64,000 bases of DNA from Eledone cirrhosa (GCA_964016885.1 OZ024749.1:47492001-47556000); one strand, 5' to 3'; shown: positions 1 through 14,702, numbered from the stretch's first letter. The notes: generated from the sequence alone by a model not told the origin. Translations and numbers: made by a program.

Positions 1-60
1 CCTATGTCCAAACCTGCATTGTTTTTGGCATGGTTACACATATTCAAACGCTTATATTTA

Positions 61-124
<64 letters not shown>

Positions 125-127
<3 letters not shown>

Positions 128-492
128 GATATTAAATAAATGGAAACTATATTTATAAAACCATATTTATTTCATTATATATATTTCAGGGATATCATAT
201 TAACAATATGTTATGCCTTCTTCAGACAAAATACAATATAGACAGTTTTATAGATAAATAGATTTGACATACCGTTCAACATCGACTTGTTGTATTGTAT
301 TTTGTCTGAAGAAGGCATAACATATTGTTAATATGATATCCCTGAAATATATATAATGAAATAAATATGGTTTTATAAATATAGTTTCCATTTATTTAAT
401 ATCGTAAATATACTCCAAATACTTGTTGAGTGCTTTTATATCAGTTATAAATATTTACTAGTTGTAACCCAACAATTTAAATATAACTTTCC
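125..492 (+). mobile_element. PLE-derived fold-back element, family A copy 1 (inverted arms 125-238 / 293-406, 3' tail 407-492), in (TA)n
   Basis: ~114-bp arms are essentially perfect reverse complements; one-sided tail; (TA)n on both flanks; HHR motif in each arm; homologous copies at 46185 and 55305. Confidence 0.85.
298..363 (+). ncRNA. Minimal type I hammerhead ribozyme (mirror copy on - strand at 168-233)
   Basis: Stem I TATTTTGT/ATGAAATA; CTGAAGA at 306-312; helix II AGG...CCT with inner CATATT/AATATG; GAAA at 344-347; T-ATAT-A mini helix III; predicted cleavage after AUA at 355. Confidence 0.75.
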
Positions 493-551
<59 letters not shown>

Positions 552-554
552 TAT

Positions 555-626
<72 letters not shown>
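493..626. repeat. (TA)n microsatellite (representative of dozens in the window)
   Basis: Direct reading. Confidence 0.95.
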
Positions 627-629
<3 letters not shown>

Positions 630-703
630 CCACTCTACTACCCTAAGTATTGACTACTTTGGTGCGTTAAGGTCCACCTGGTTCCTTACCACATTTCCTT
701 TGT
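627..703 (+). mobile_element. Right-end fragment of family D small element
   Basis: TCCACCTGGTTCCTTACCACATTTCCTTTGTT matches 36458-36490; flanked by (TA)n. Confidence 0.55.
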
Positions 704-755
704 TATATATATATATATATTTGTATATATATATATGTGTATATATATATATATA

Positions 756-801
<46 letters not shown>

Positions 802-2969
802 TATATATATAATTATTTTGAAGATAATCATTGTTTTCTATCATTTTAAATTATTCATAAATTTCCATTTAAGTATGTGTCAGATTCATGTTATTGGATA
901 TACTTATATGTTCGGAGATGTCTGCAAACGTGTGTGTATGTATGCATACATGCATTTACAAATATAAAATGCATGTATATACTTATTTATATATATGAAT
1001 ATATGTATAAATATGTATATATGTATTTATGTACATTTATATAAATATATGTATATATGTATAAATATTAAATGACAGACATTCCTTCGAAATTGTCATT
1101 AATAACATGTTGTTTGTCAGAGAGTATTAATAAGCCTAAACTATATTAGACTCATTTAGTTTTTATTTTAATGTTTTCAAAATCTTCCATTTATAAATAG
1201 AGATTTATAATATATATATATATATATACTTACGTTCATATGTCTGAATATGGGGAGGGGGGGGGACATTATGAAATTCATAAGCCCATTATCAGATACC
1301 ATTTTCCCACCTGAAATAATGAAAAAATCACATGGTTAAAATCCACCACTGCTTATCATATTTATCATAGTTAGTTATGCACCATAAAGGAAAGTATATG
1401 TTCGGAATGTCGGAGTCTCTGAATGTAGGACTACTGCATATAATAACCTCAAATGCATGAACAATTAAGTCAGATAAATCGCCATCACTAACATTCGACA
1501 CCTGCTAATTATTTCGCTTCAACTAAGAACTGTCCGAACGTTAATTATGACTAGCATCTTCTCTATAATCTAACGTTTTCAACATTTACAATCATCCATC
1601 TCTCAATGAAGTGAAGAAGTATATCTACTAATATATCTACAAACTATTCCTTTCAATTCAAAGCTATTAGGATAAATCCAACTGAAGCTGATGAAATTTA
1701 AAACTCAGACCGTTACCGAAAGTTAAAAAGGATTCTGGCGTGAAAGTACACAACATATCATATTTTCAGTAATGACGAGCGAAGTTAGTTTGCTAGTAGC
1801 GTTAGCCAGTGTGGTCCATTAGTTAATGAGTAAGTGCTGAGTGGAGAGCCATGTTAGATCAGCCTGTGAGGTTGTTCGAGTAGATGTGTGTATTTTTATT
1901 ATGTTCACTACATACATGCTGCTACCTATGGAGTCAAACCATGTATATATGCTAGATTGTGCAGCCAGGGAGATATAAGCGTCATTATCTTTCAGGCAAC
2001 TGTAATCAGAGTTGGCCGACGATATTAACGTGACATCATTTTGAGTGCAAGTGAGGTAACCTTGTTTCTTAGGGGTTTTTTTCGAATGCAGGGGGAATAA
2101 TTCGTGCTAGAAATATATTTAATCAGCATCTAATTAAACTTTTTTTTTTCTACATTTCGGAGAATCCGTTTACGTGTACAGTATAGTATATTGTTATTTC
2201 GTTGTTATATCACATTAGCTAGTAAACGTTAGTACTGTTAAATCAAGTTGAAAGGACATATACATTTTATGTTTTTACCTTCCTCATATATTATATACAG
2301 CTATGAATATGTACAAACTCGTATACTTTAATGTAGATACTGTTAGTAAAGCGAACACATATTTCCTACATCCATCGAAATGTGTAACGTCTCTGTATAA
2401 GAATGTTAACTTATAACCAATTGCAGCTGTTTGCAATTGTGAAATTTCCTTTGTTTCGTTGTCAATATAATGTCAGCTTGCCAAAAAAGGATAGAACTCT
2501 CTATTGAAATGTTCATGGATGCAACTCAGCTGAAATGTAGTTAACATTATTTCAGTTGACAGTGGGATGCGAGGATTGTTAATTTAAAGAACATATTTAG
2601 ATGTGTCTATTTCGCAGTTCAAATTATATCGATCGGTATGAATATATTTAGAATTTGACGTACGAAGTTAGAATGTTTTTCACTATATTAAATATATATT
2701 TACGTGTATGATTATATTTACTTCTAAGTTCACTAAATATGAAGTCACATATTATGTACTGATGAACAGGGAGCCTCTTTACAATACATATGCTGAGAAT
2801 GATATGCCCATAGATATTATACTTGTACTGTACAGTATAGTGTATAACCTATGTAGATATCGATCTTAAAAATAGAATCATGTATGATTTGTGATATAAA
2901 TCAAGATATAAATTTGCTCAGCTAATTAAATAATTATTATTGTATTTTTTATTCGGATCATTAGTGAAA

Positions 2970-2971
<2 letters not shown>

Positions 2972-3050
<79 letters not shown>

Positions 3051-3051
3051 A

Positions 3052-3085
<34 letters not shown>

Positions 3086-3092
3086 TCTATCC

Positions 3093-3175
<83 letters not shown>
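2972..3175. repeat. (CT)n microsatellite
   Basis: Direct reading. Confidence 0.95.
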
Positions 3176-3180
<5 letters not shown>

Positions 3181-4726
3181 AACTCTCTTCCGCTCTCAAT
3201 ACTATAATTCAATTTCCAAGACAAGGAAATAACCGTACGAAATTCATATAACTACATATTATGCAATTCGGTTCTATGTTAATCTAGATGCTTGAATACT
3301 TGAACATAGAATATGATAGCAAAACACTCGGAATTTTCACACATATTTCAATTTAAGAAATAAGGTAACCATAATAGCAATCTAAAAGATCACGCAATCC
3401 TAAATTATCCTAGATGTTCTAATATTGTTTATCAATTGCATATCATCCATTAGGCCCCTGAACGTTTAAATATTAGGTGCTGTCTACTGACATGTGCATA
3501 ACGGATTATTTATTCCAAATAGTTTGCAGAACATGGACAAGCGAAATTCTGTGGCATACACCTATGGCGTTTATAAATTTACTGTCGTAGTCTGAAAACA
3601 AATCTATTGAATGGTATCAGACAAATGTATTCCACGGATACCATATTGTTTGTGACTTTCATAGCATATCAAAAGAAACACCGCCATCAGATTATGTTAG
3701 TCTTCAACTGATGTGTCACTAACACAAAAAAGGACATTGATTTTAATCTATGTTAGTGATTCATTAATGCTAGACACGTTTTCACAGCAGCCACCACACT
3801 TCAATCTCAGAAATTGATGCTTCAAAGCAAGAAAACAAATGGGAAAACTAAAGAAGTAAATCAGTAAAAATACACTCACAGATAGAAAAGCACACGCAAA
3901 CAAACACATGCACACACTGGTGCACTCATGACCACATGCATCCCACATGAATATATATATATATATATAGTGTGTGTGTGTAAATATGTATGTGTATATA
4001 CGTGTGTATATAATTGCGTGTATATAGTGTTTGTGTAAATATGTATGTGTATATACGTGGGTTTATATATGTGTGTGTATGTTTATGTATATGTATATGT
4101 ATGTGTGTGTGTGTGTGTATGTGTGCGTGTGTATGCATCTGTAAAGAAACACTTGATGGTCAATTTGGATTTTTGTGAATAACGACTGATAAAATAGTAC
4201 TGATGGTGTGATAGGTTGTATAAGGCTCTATTTCCATTGAGGAATGAATTTCCTTTTAACTCTTTAATACCGCTGAGAAATCTAACTAGTTGGAATGGAC
4301 AAAGAGATTTTACAAATCTCTATGATTCGTCATCTAACTAAATCAATTTTTCGCTTACACTATCAAAGCTTATTCTACCTATTCACAAATAATATAGAAG
4401 CATGCCACTGGCACAATACTACATCTAGAATTAATAGATATGTAGATGAAACGATATTGGACCTGTATATTCATGATATATATACATATGTATTGAAATT
4501 GTGTAATTGATGTTTTACTCAGTATCCATATTATAACACCAGACACTAGTATTTCAGTATTTGTATCCACCCTTATTGGCGTTGGAGTTGCTTAACTGTA
4601 TATGAGGAGAATTTGAAATGGAATTGCTAAATAGGGATAGTACTCACATATCGCCCTTCATAATAGATGTATGGTCGACACATATACATATCGGTTTATG
4701 TACAAATGCGCGCGATTGCAAACACA

Positions 4727-4810
<84 letters not shown>

Positions 4811-5841
4811 CACTCTCTCTCTCTTTATTTCTCGTTCTTTCCCTCTCACACATATATTACCTCCACTTGTCTGACTGAGGATTATTTTTGTTTCCCATTG
4901 AACAATATAAATTCATATAATTAATTTGCGTTTGCCATGGAAGTTTACTTAAGTTTTGTCTCGTCTTCTTATTGTAAAATACAACACATTAGTGTCTAGC
5001 CATCAAGTTATACACTGTGTTCGGTATTGGCCAACAATAATTTCGGTTGTTCTCGAAACTATATATGTCTCTTTTGACAACCGATTCCAAATAAGATTTT
5101 GTTGCAATACAATTTTGCTATAAACAATCTGACACACATACACAGACACACCATATTCCGTTCACTTTTGGGGCCGAATCTAATGTTGTCATGCTGTATT
5201 TATATAACTGCCTAGAATATAGGTGCCTAAATTGAGTCAAATGCGTTGAGCAATAATTAAAGTTATTTCGTACAATTTATTAAGTTCAATTTAAAATGCT
5301 TTTCGAAGTAACTATCATGAATTAAACAAATCAATAACTGAAAATTGGATGTTTTTAGGTGCATTTCAATTAATATAATAATCTAAAAAATATACATAAT
5401 TATTTTATTTCAGATGAAAATGTGTTTAATTTTAGAAAATATGATTAATTTATATGGGATTGGTTGCTTATAAATAAGGAACTCAAAATAATTATTTCGG
5501 GAAATATTACTTCGCATGACATATAAACTATAGTTGATCAGCGTGACATTTCAAATCTATGCCTGTATTTCCATGTCATAGACATCGCATACATATTTAG
5601 ATAATGGGATTTAATATAAATAAGGGGGTGAGAATTTCATTGCTTATTCTATATCTTAGAAGCTGGATTGTCTTTCCCGATATCAAACTCCAGCGATCAG
5701 GTCTTAGACAAAAAGGAACTGTGTTTATAATTAAATAAGTATTAGGATAGTATGAAGATCGATGACCCGGTCGTAAGATCGAATCCCTCCCCCAGCAAAT
5801 ATATATATATATATATATATATGATATTAAAATATATATAT

Positions 5842-6009
5842 ATAATTGTCTCTAGTGTAGGCACGATGCCAGAAATTACCTAGTACATAAACTGGTTCTT
5901 TATTTGATCGACACCTTAAGGATGAAAGGCAAAGTTAACCTCGACGGGATTTGAACTAAGGCTGTAAAGGGACGTAACTATGGTGGACTCAAGGCGTCCG
6001 AACCTCTAC
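5842..6009 (-). mobile_element. tRNA-like SINE, diverged and slightly 5'-truncated
   Basis: GGATGAAAGGCAAAGTTAACCTCGACGGGATTTGAAC is the reverse complement of the B-box/core seen in the other copies. Confidence 0.8.
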
Positions 6010-6026
6010 AGTTACTGACAATTCAA

Positions 6027-6079
<53 letters not shown>

Positions 6080-7166
6080 TGTGTGTGTGTGTGTGAATGC
6101 ATGTGCGTGCCTGTGGAGGCGTCCCTGTATATGTTTATATATTTATGCATGGATGTATAGGTGTATGTTTGTGATATTCAGAATGCTTAGGAGAACATCC
6201 TTTCCCTGCTCAGTTGGAAAATATCTTCCCTGTACCTTTGCTATTCTCGTCAAAATATATTCTTGGAATTGTTTCTTTCTAACAAATCGGGTGCACTTGA
6301 TATTGAATTTCTCTATGTCTAACATTGGTAAAGCAAAAGCTAATAAAGAGAGTAATAAATAGAAAACTAAAACTAAAATACATATCCTTACGATAAATTC
6401 ATATATATATTTTAAGATTATCGCAAGTTGCGATGGAAATAAAACAGCTACAAAATGTTTATTAGGTATATCATTTCCATTTTCAATTCTCTCACCTGGA
6501 CCTATATTAAGGTATAAAATTTGTCGCCATTATAAAATATACGTTCATAGCCATTTTTAGCAGTAAATTCGATCATATCAACAACTTTATTTCTTCTCAC
6601 CACACGGATGGTATCTGAGCAATGTTCCGGTTTCTAAAGCCAATATATATATATATATTGCTTATTATAAATTTGATATGTTATGTCACACATTTCTACA
6701 ATCCTAATATTATTTTAGTAAATCGTTTCCTCCAAAAAAGATTTTAATAGTTTGACTTTCGTATTCTAAAATATTTGTCTACAATGACATTATGATATAT
6801 TCAATCCATGTCCTGTACAAAAACAGAGTTTCACATATTTAGAGCGCATATGTCTACAGATAAATAACTCAATATATCTTATTATCACGGAAATTCAGTC
6901 TTCGGAAATTTGACAAACAATGTAAACCTGATCAATGACATAGATTTAATCACACTTTAAACCTCTCTGTCTCATTCTCTCTCTTCATTATATATGTAGT
7001 CTCCATAAACGCTAACCAGTGACAAACAGGCTCTCGATATCTCTCATTTGTTTTTGCCGAGATAAGTAAGCGACATAATCACTACGTTAAAACTCATAGC
7101 GAATGGCCTTCAATATGTGTTTAATTAATCACACAGTATATTGCCAAATATACTATACATACATAC

Positions 7167-7259
<93 letters not shown>

Positions 7260-8201
7260 TATATGGCATATACATGACTATAGTGTCGGCGGAAAATTCA
7301 CACAGTTACATAACAGGAACATACACATATATCATTACTATGAGAGCCAACCTGTTGTAGTGCAGGTTTGTTCATTAATGTGATAGTGTACTTGTATGCC
7401 AGTTGGAATATTAGAGCGGTGAACTCTCAGTTACTGTAAGCCATGTGAGACGATGACAAAACAAAGAAATGACGGCTGTGTTTCGAGCAAAGGAGATATA
7501 TATGTGAAAATTTACAACTACAATTAAATGGATTGTATTTTGTGTGCCTATATGTGTACACAAGACGTCAGAAGCAGTGACAATTGAGCTAACTGTATTT
7601 ATGCCTTTAACAATTTAAGAGAGCAATACCTTGTTAAATATCTAATCAAATGTTAACAAATACTGCTTTTGTCTAATGAGGCGTTTATTCGGTTAAAATA
7701 TTTATTTTACTCGGTATGGATTTATATCCATGCATATTTACTGCATGTTACTTTAAATGTGTTTTAATTGTTTCATCTACAATATATAATGCTTTGTAAA
7801 ATCGCTAACTGTCTTAAACTTAACAATTTCAACTTCAAATTGATTGAAAAGGAATGCTTCATATATTCTCATACATTCGATATAAATAGGTATGGCCCTC
7901 ACACGTTAATGTTTATGAAAGTAATTAATTTGCAATTAACAGTTAAGATAGAATTACTCTATTTTCAGGTAGATTATATTTTGTTCAATCTACTCGTAAA
8001 CGAAATCTATAAATTCAGAATATGCTACTTCTCAACATACATTAAGAAGGAAGCTAAACTCCAACAATTAGTATTATATGCACGCACATATACACACATA
8101 CACACACCCACATTCACAAGTAAACAAAGAGCTCTGTAGTTTGGTAAATATAGATACCATTTCTGTGGCAATAGTTTTTATACAATGAAGAGCATGATCT
8201 A

Positions 8202-8276
<75 letters not shown>

Positions 8277-8642
8277 AAACACAATGTTAAAACATTTATT
8301 TGCTGGCAATTGTATGTTCCAGAAGGAAGTCAGTAATCATCGGTGCATATGGAATGTCGAAACAGATGATTACAATCCCAGTCATTTAGAACATTTAGCG
8401 TAAATAATTGATGTTAGTGTCATAGGCATCATGTGGAGAGTCAGGAGTTAAAAAGATCTTCTGCTTGAGAGAACACAATTACAGGCAATACTGGTTGAAA
8501 TTGTAGGAGGTATAAGCGAAAAGTACAAGCAGAAAAATACAGGCAAACAAGTTAAAGCAAGGAAAAATTGTCTGGACGCCGATGCCTGAGCTACAGCCGT
8601 TTCGACAGCTAGATCTGAACTTTTTTGTATATATATATATAT

Positions 8643-9067
8643 ATATTAATAAAGGATTTCCAACTTTATCTTATTTACTCGTTTTATTTACAATATTTTA
8701 AAATGTATAATGGTATTAGAATGAAATAGTATGGTAGAATATTAAATGTTAAGTGTTAATTGAACAAGTACGTTCATGCTTTCGCAAACTCCAGGTTCAT
8801 AATGTCTGGTGACAGTCAAGTTTGCAATTTTCAACTGTCAGTTAAAAATGGCAAACTTGACTGTCACCACACATTATGAACCTGAAGATTGCGAAAGCAT
8901 GAAAGTACTTGTTCAATTAACACATAACATTTAATATTCTGACATACTATTTCATTCTAATACCATTATACATGTTAAAGTATTGTAAATAAAACGAGAA
9001 AATCAGACAAAGTTGGAATTCCTTTTATTAATATAATCTTCTATACACAATCTTACACACCCGTGTA

Positions 9068-9068
<1 letters not shown>
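8643..9068 (+). mobile_element. PLE-derived fold-back element, family B copy 1 (arms ~8643-8836 / 8841-9034, tail to ~9068)
   Basis: ~190-bp inverted arms with almost no spacer; one-sided tail; microsatellite flanks; second copy at 58464-58885. Confidence 0.85.
8877..8915 (+). ncRNA. Minimal (39-nt) type I hammerhead ribozyme
   Basis: TGAAC CTGAAGA T-TGC-GAAA-GCA-T GAAA GTAC TT GTTCA: stem I TGAAC/GTTCA, GNRA-capped helix II, palindromic GTAC in place of helix III. Confidence 0.8.
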
Positions 9069-9123
<55 letters not shown>

Positions 9124-9399
9124 AAGAGTGTGAGAGAGAGAGATAGATAGGTATGCCGTGTGTGTTTATGTGTACATACATATATATATATATATATATA
9201 GAAAGATTTGAATGGATACAGTTTAGTTGAAAGGAATTTATTGACACGTGTTTCTATAACAGTTACATAACCTAAAACAGCTATCTACAAACTTTTCGTT
9301 ATGCAGACATTCAATATTTCAATGTTATTGTTTACTGTCATTTCATCAGAATAATATTACTGAGGACTTATTTAGTTTTTATAGAGAATATTAGGAGGA

Positions 9400-9580
9400 A
9401 GGGGTGAAGTTGTTAGAAGAATAGTTGAAGGAGTGGTTTTTCGATAGCAGTGAGAATTCTTGGTGGCAGTGATTAATTAGATTCCCATCTGTTGTTTTGA
9501 CATTTTTTATAGAATATATTATTGGTTATTTTTCTAAATCTATAGAAGGATTAGAGATAGTAAAGATATGCGTGGTTGGT
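9400..9580 (-). pseudogene. Possible highly decayed Naiad-type PLE endonuclease C-terminus
   Basis: With one frameshift the minus strand reads NNRWE-LINHCH, resembling the LN.K.E....C.H end of the 40911 ORF. Confidence 0.25.
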
Positions 9581-10541
9581 TTTGTGTTTGCACTTAACAT
9601 TCAGACTTAAATTTTTCTTTCAAGTGTACGTATTCTTTCACCCACGCATTCACACACAAATATATTTGCACACCTCTACAAAATACATATACTCACAATT
9701 CACATATTCATACTTACATATATATACACATGCATACACATATATATACACACTTGTATTCATGTACATACATACGCGCTCATGTGTATACATTTTCATA
9801 CTCAACTTATCTTTATATATACACACGTATAGACACACACATATATACATACATACTCTAGTCCATGTGTACACACATACACATACATACACATCCATAT
9901 ACACATACATACATACACATATATACATACATATATACATATACATATATATACATATATATATATATATACACATACATATATACACACATATACACAC
10001 ATATATATATACATGCATGTTGATGTAGCACGTACCTGACGAAGTGTTAGTTGATGTGAATATTCACTCGAAGCAGACAGCTGTTAGAATTGGTGGAAAA
10101 TGATATTCTCGTACATGTCTTTGACTGTCCATTACTGAAGCGTCCGAATATAGAAAGGTATACAATAAACAAATAAGAAACAAATGATCAAATAGTTACT
10201 TATCCATTGTTTGCGATCGTGTCGATGAGTGAAATTCCCGAGGAGCTAGAACTCGTCAGTAGCTATAGGATCACATTTAAAACTTTAAATAATTATTTCA
10301 GTTTGATTTTCACATTTTTTCACGCGAACAAACATACTTATACATACAAAACACATATCCATTGAAATTGTTCAATACCACGGGGTTTGGTTAAAAAGTG
10401 TGTGCACAAAAGTTAAAAGGAAAATAACATTCTATCATTTCTCATGACGAACTGGGTAATTTAGACGCCAATAATTATTATTATTGTTTTTATTGATATT
10501 GGCTTGATGCATCATTATTCTCACACACACACACACACACA

Positions 10542-10610
<69 letters not shown>

Positions 10611-10624
10611 TCTCTCTCTACTTT

Positions 10625-10661
<37 letters not shown>

Positions 10662-10663
10662 TT

Positions 10664-10752
10664 ATAGTAATAATAATAAATTTGAAGACTAAAATCCAAA
10701 GAGGTGAAAGCAGCGATTCTTTGCTTAAACTTTAATCTGTTATTTTAATAAA
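10664..10752 (+). mobile_element. Family E short (TA)n-inserted element, internally deleted copy
   Basis: Both halves match 27378-27538 (reverse complement), 46036-46125 and 56107-56180. Confidence 0.75.
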
Positions 10753-10758
10753 TATATA

Positions 10759-10950
<192 letters not shown>

Positions 10951-10962
10951 GAGATAGAGATT

Positions 10963-11032
10963 TTCCATCTGATGAACGGGCTGGACGTTTCGGTAAGGAT
11001 CACTTAGTTTCTTGAAATCTATGTTAATGGAT
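10963..11032 (+). ncRNA. Degenerate HHR-like motif in a short insert within (TA)n
   Basis: TTCCAT CTGATGA ... GAAA TCTATGT TA ATGGGA; stem I pairs, helix II is poor. Confidence 0.4.
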
Positions 11033-12486
11033 TAATTATACTGTGTTCTTTATTATGGAATTAAATAAATATATATAGATGTATATATAGATATATATAA
11101 GTGCGTGTGTGTCTTTTATAAACAAATTATACACATTATATAAAACTTCTGATCGATACACACTGGTAATGCGAGCACATATGAAAGAATGTTAATGAAA
11201 CACATTATAACATTATATATATATATATTACTTAGAACTGCCGGCAACATTTTGTTTTTAACGTTACTTTGTTTATTTTCATGAAGTATATAAAGTTATA
11301 TAATGTTAATAAACCTAGAAATTAAAAATATTGACGTTTCCGGAAACCATTTACTTATTAATTAGTCATCACTCCTCAGTCATTTACAATTAAGTGATTC
11401 TCTTCTTTCATTATCTTGCTAGTGGGGAGGTATAAAATGCTGCATACGTTTTGGGATGGGTTTGATTAAAACTATCATTTCATATGTAATCACTAAAAAT
11501 AATATATATCTATTTTTGTTAGAAGTCTTTCGCATGGATTTCCGAATTGCTCTCATAATGAATATATTATGCACACATATATACACACACATATGCATAC
11601 ACATATGTATGTGTATATGTATGGGGCGGGGGATGAGTGTCCTCATATCTATAACTGCACCTGGATGTGTGTGTATTACAAATTTCCACCTCTCTTATAA
11701 TATATTACTTCCGTTCTATACTATTATCTTATTCCCTGAGAAATCTTACCAACACAAATATCAACAAAAATAGGATTATATTTATAATAATTATTTTACT
11801 TGAAAATACCATTTAGTTTACCATTGGATCGAGAGTTGTAACAGCAGATACACTAGATGTCGAAAAAGACTCGTAAGAGAAAGATGGAGAGAAAAAAAAT
11901 TATGAATGGAAGATATGAACGGTCAGAATATGACAGTAATTGCTAGAAATTGAGAGCGAAGTGCATTTTGGAAGAGGGACAGAGGGAATGTATTCCCTCT
12001 TTCTGAAGTAGTATATTATGATTAATTAAAACTTTCATGAATTTATGAAAAATACGCTCCCAACTTCACTGTAGTTTAGTGACCGTTAACATTTTGCTGA
12101 CATTTAATTTTAATGGAAGGTAAATAACCACCAGTATTATTCTATGCCATATGCATATGCCTTCATAGACATACTAGCACGTACTCACTCACTCACTGCA
12201 TAAAGATGATAAGCATGAACTTATGAAATCTCTCGTTTTAGAATGTTATTAGATTTCAGCATTTGTGAATAGAAAAAATTAAATTTATATAAGATGATAA
12301 CAAATATAAAAATATATTTTTTTTATGTCTGCATCTTAGTGGACACATTCAATTCCTGCATTCTTGGATATGCCATGCACTAAAATCCTTATATTATAAA
12401 TGTATATCTATTTCTCAACTCTAAAAATGTTCTGCAGTATTTGTGATGCAAATCAAACAATAAATGAAATATTATATTTAAATATT

Positions 12487-12678
12487 GGGGCGGTGGATTG
12501 GCATTATCAGTAGAGGGTCGGACGCCATGCTTTCCAGCATAGTTACGTCCCTTTACGATCTGAGTTCAAATCCCGCCGAGGTTAACTTTGCCTTTCATCC
12601 TTACGGGGTCGATAAAATAAAGTACTAGTAATGCACTGGGTAATTGCTGGCATTGAGCCTAAAGTAGAGACAACTATT
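12487..12678 (+). mobile_element. tRNA-like SINE, full length (~190 bp)
   Basis: GGGCGGTGGATTGGCA start; B-box-like GAGTTCAAATCCC; core GCCTTTCATCCTTACGGGGTCGATAAAATAAAGTAC; six near-full copies in the window. Confidence 0.9.
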
Positions 12679-12755
12679 TTACTGAAACCGTTCCGGCATA
12701 TTTAACAACAATACAGTAGAAATTGTAGAGTGTGGTGTTACACACACATTATGTG

Positions 12756-12788
<33 letters not shown>

Positions 12789-13399
12789 AATACACGCTCT
12801 CATAGACTGTATATATATATATATATATATTACTGTTTGTGTGAGTGTGTATTTATAGATATATACGTGTATGTGTTTATAAATATATCTATATGTGTGT
12901 GTCTGTGTATATATATATATATATTGTATATGCATTTACTTAATAAATCAAACATACTTAGCGTGAGATTCTAATATTTTAGGTGTAGTTATCTCAGAGG
13001 AGGTAGGCAATACATCTTAAATTTTGGTTGACATTGAATGTAACAGTTAATATTCCAAAAACAAATAAAATTCAAACCATTTTCAATAGGCGTCTACCAA
13101 CGCCTAATATTTGAATAACATTTCACGATCAATGAATGACATTTGAATCCATACAAAATGAACATGTGCTCCAAAATAATGTATCATATGGAAGCGATAC
13201 TTCTTCTATAATGACTTATTAATGAATTTTTTATTTTTTTATTTCGTTATTATGAGAATTATAATTTGCATCAAAATTAAGAATAGATGTTTGGACATCA
13301 AATTCTCAAATTGAGAATTGTTTCACCCCTTCTGTGCATCTGTCTCGTTACTACACATTATCTCTCTCTCCCTATATATATATATATATCTCCCTCTCG

Positions 13400-13525
<126 letters not shown>

Positions 13526-13621
13526 TATATATCCATATATATATATCTATGCATATAGACGCAAACGTAAGACATATGTCAATCAACGGAAATATAGTTA
13601 AAATGTATGTGCGTATGTATT

Positions 13622-13667
<46 letters not shown>

Positions 13668-14190
13668 CCTGTGTGCGTGTATGAGTGGGTGTGTGAGTGT
13701 GTGAACGTATGTGGGTGATTTTAGCTAAAGACAGTAGTTATAGAGACAAGAATAATATGTCGAAGGAAATAAATAGTACATCAAAAACGTTGATTTATTT
13801 CATGACTGAATTTTTCTATAATACAAAGAAGATTAGGTTTATGATTTATCGACAATACTTCAGCTTGAAGCTAGCCCAGTTTTCTAAACTTTTAACTATA
13901 GTAAAGATATTTTCAAAGAATGGCAAAAGTTTTATATGAATTCTCAAAGCTACATATTCACTACGTGTCTTCGTTTCAGATTTCAAGAACACTACCATTA
14001 TGGTCGTCTTTGAGCTTTCAAAATCATGACAACTGTCCATGTTTTTATTTTTTTTTCTTGTTTTTGTAATTCTTCCTTTTTATTTTTAAGTCCTTTATTT
14101 TGGATTCGTGACATCCGAGCTTCTAGGGAATGTATTATATTTGTAGTTTTAATTTTATATGTCCTCATTGTTTCCATCTATATTTTTTTC

Positions 14191-14210
14191 TCCTTCTTCT
14201 TCTTCTTCTT

Positions 14211-14303
<93 letters not shown>

Positions 14304-14340
14304 GCCAAAAGTAGAAACAATTATTATTATTATTATTATT
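14191..14340. repeat. (CTT)n/(TTA)n compound microsatellite
   Basis: Direct reading. Confidence 0.9.
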
Positions 14341-14702
14341 TGCATTTATCTTGCTTTATGTTTATACGAGTTATCACCAAGTCACAACCAGTGACCTCAA
14401 GAGACAACAAGGTCCGCCATATTCAAGGAAGAACATACATACTCACACATGCATCTTTAGCTGTTTAGACTTGTGATGTACGTATATTGACAGAATCTTC
14501 CTTAGTATATGGGCAATTGCCATCAGTACTATATTCTGTATTTCTCCTATACGCGGGTTTCCTGGGATTTGCGATAAGTAATCATTAGACCCCTTAGGTA
14601 TCATTCCGAGAGCGCCTACAAACACTGGTATTGTTTTAGTTCTCAATTTCCACACTTTTCCAATTTCTATCTTCAGGTCCTTATACTTGCTCAATTTTTC
14701 AT
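14341..14702 (-). mobile_element. 5'-truncated R4/Dong-like non-LTR retrotransposon, family 2 (REL endonuclease C-terminus and 3'UTR)
   Basis: EKLSKYKDLKIEIGKVWKLRTKTIPVFVGALGMIPK...LRKILSI shows the K..KY and P.V.GALG motifs of REL domains; (TAA)n on both sides. Confidence 0.85.

Noticed and set aside
8643-9034. Classical MITE or DNA transposon interpretation of the palindromes
   Set aside because: One-sided tails, HHR motifs and PLE coding spacers in sibling structures favour a PLE origin. It is not fully excluded for families B and D.
10034-10085. CTGACGA-AGTG...CACT-CGAAG as a hammerhead
   Set aside because: The GAAA box is broken and no stem I or UH site could be formed.
12487-12580. 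tRNA gene
   Set aside because: There is a B-box but no cloverleaf; it is the head of a multi-copy SINE.
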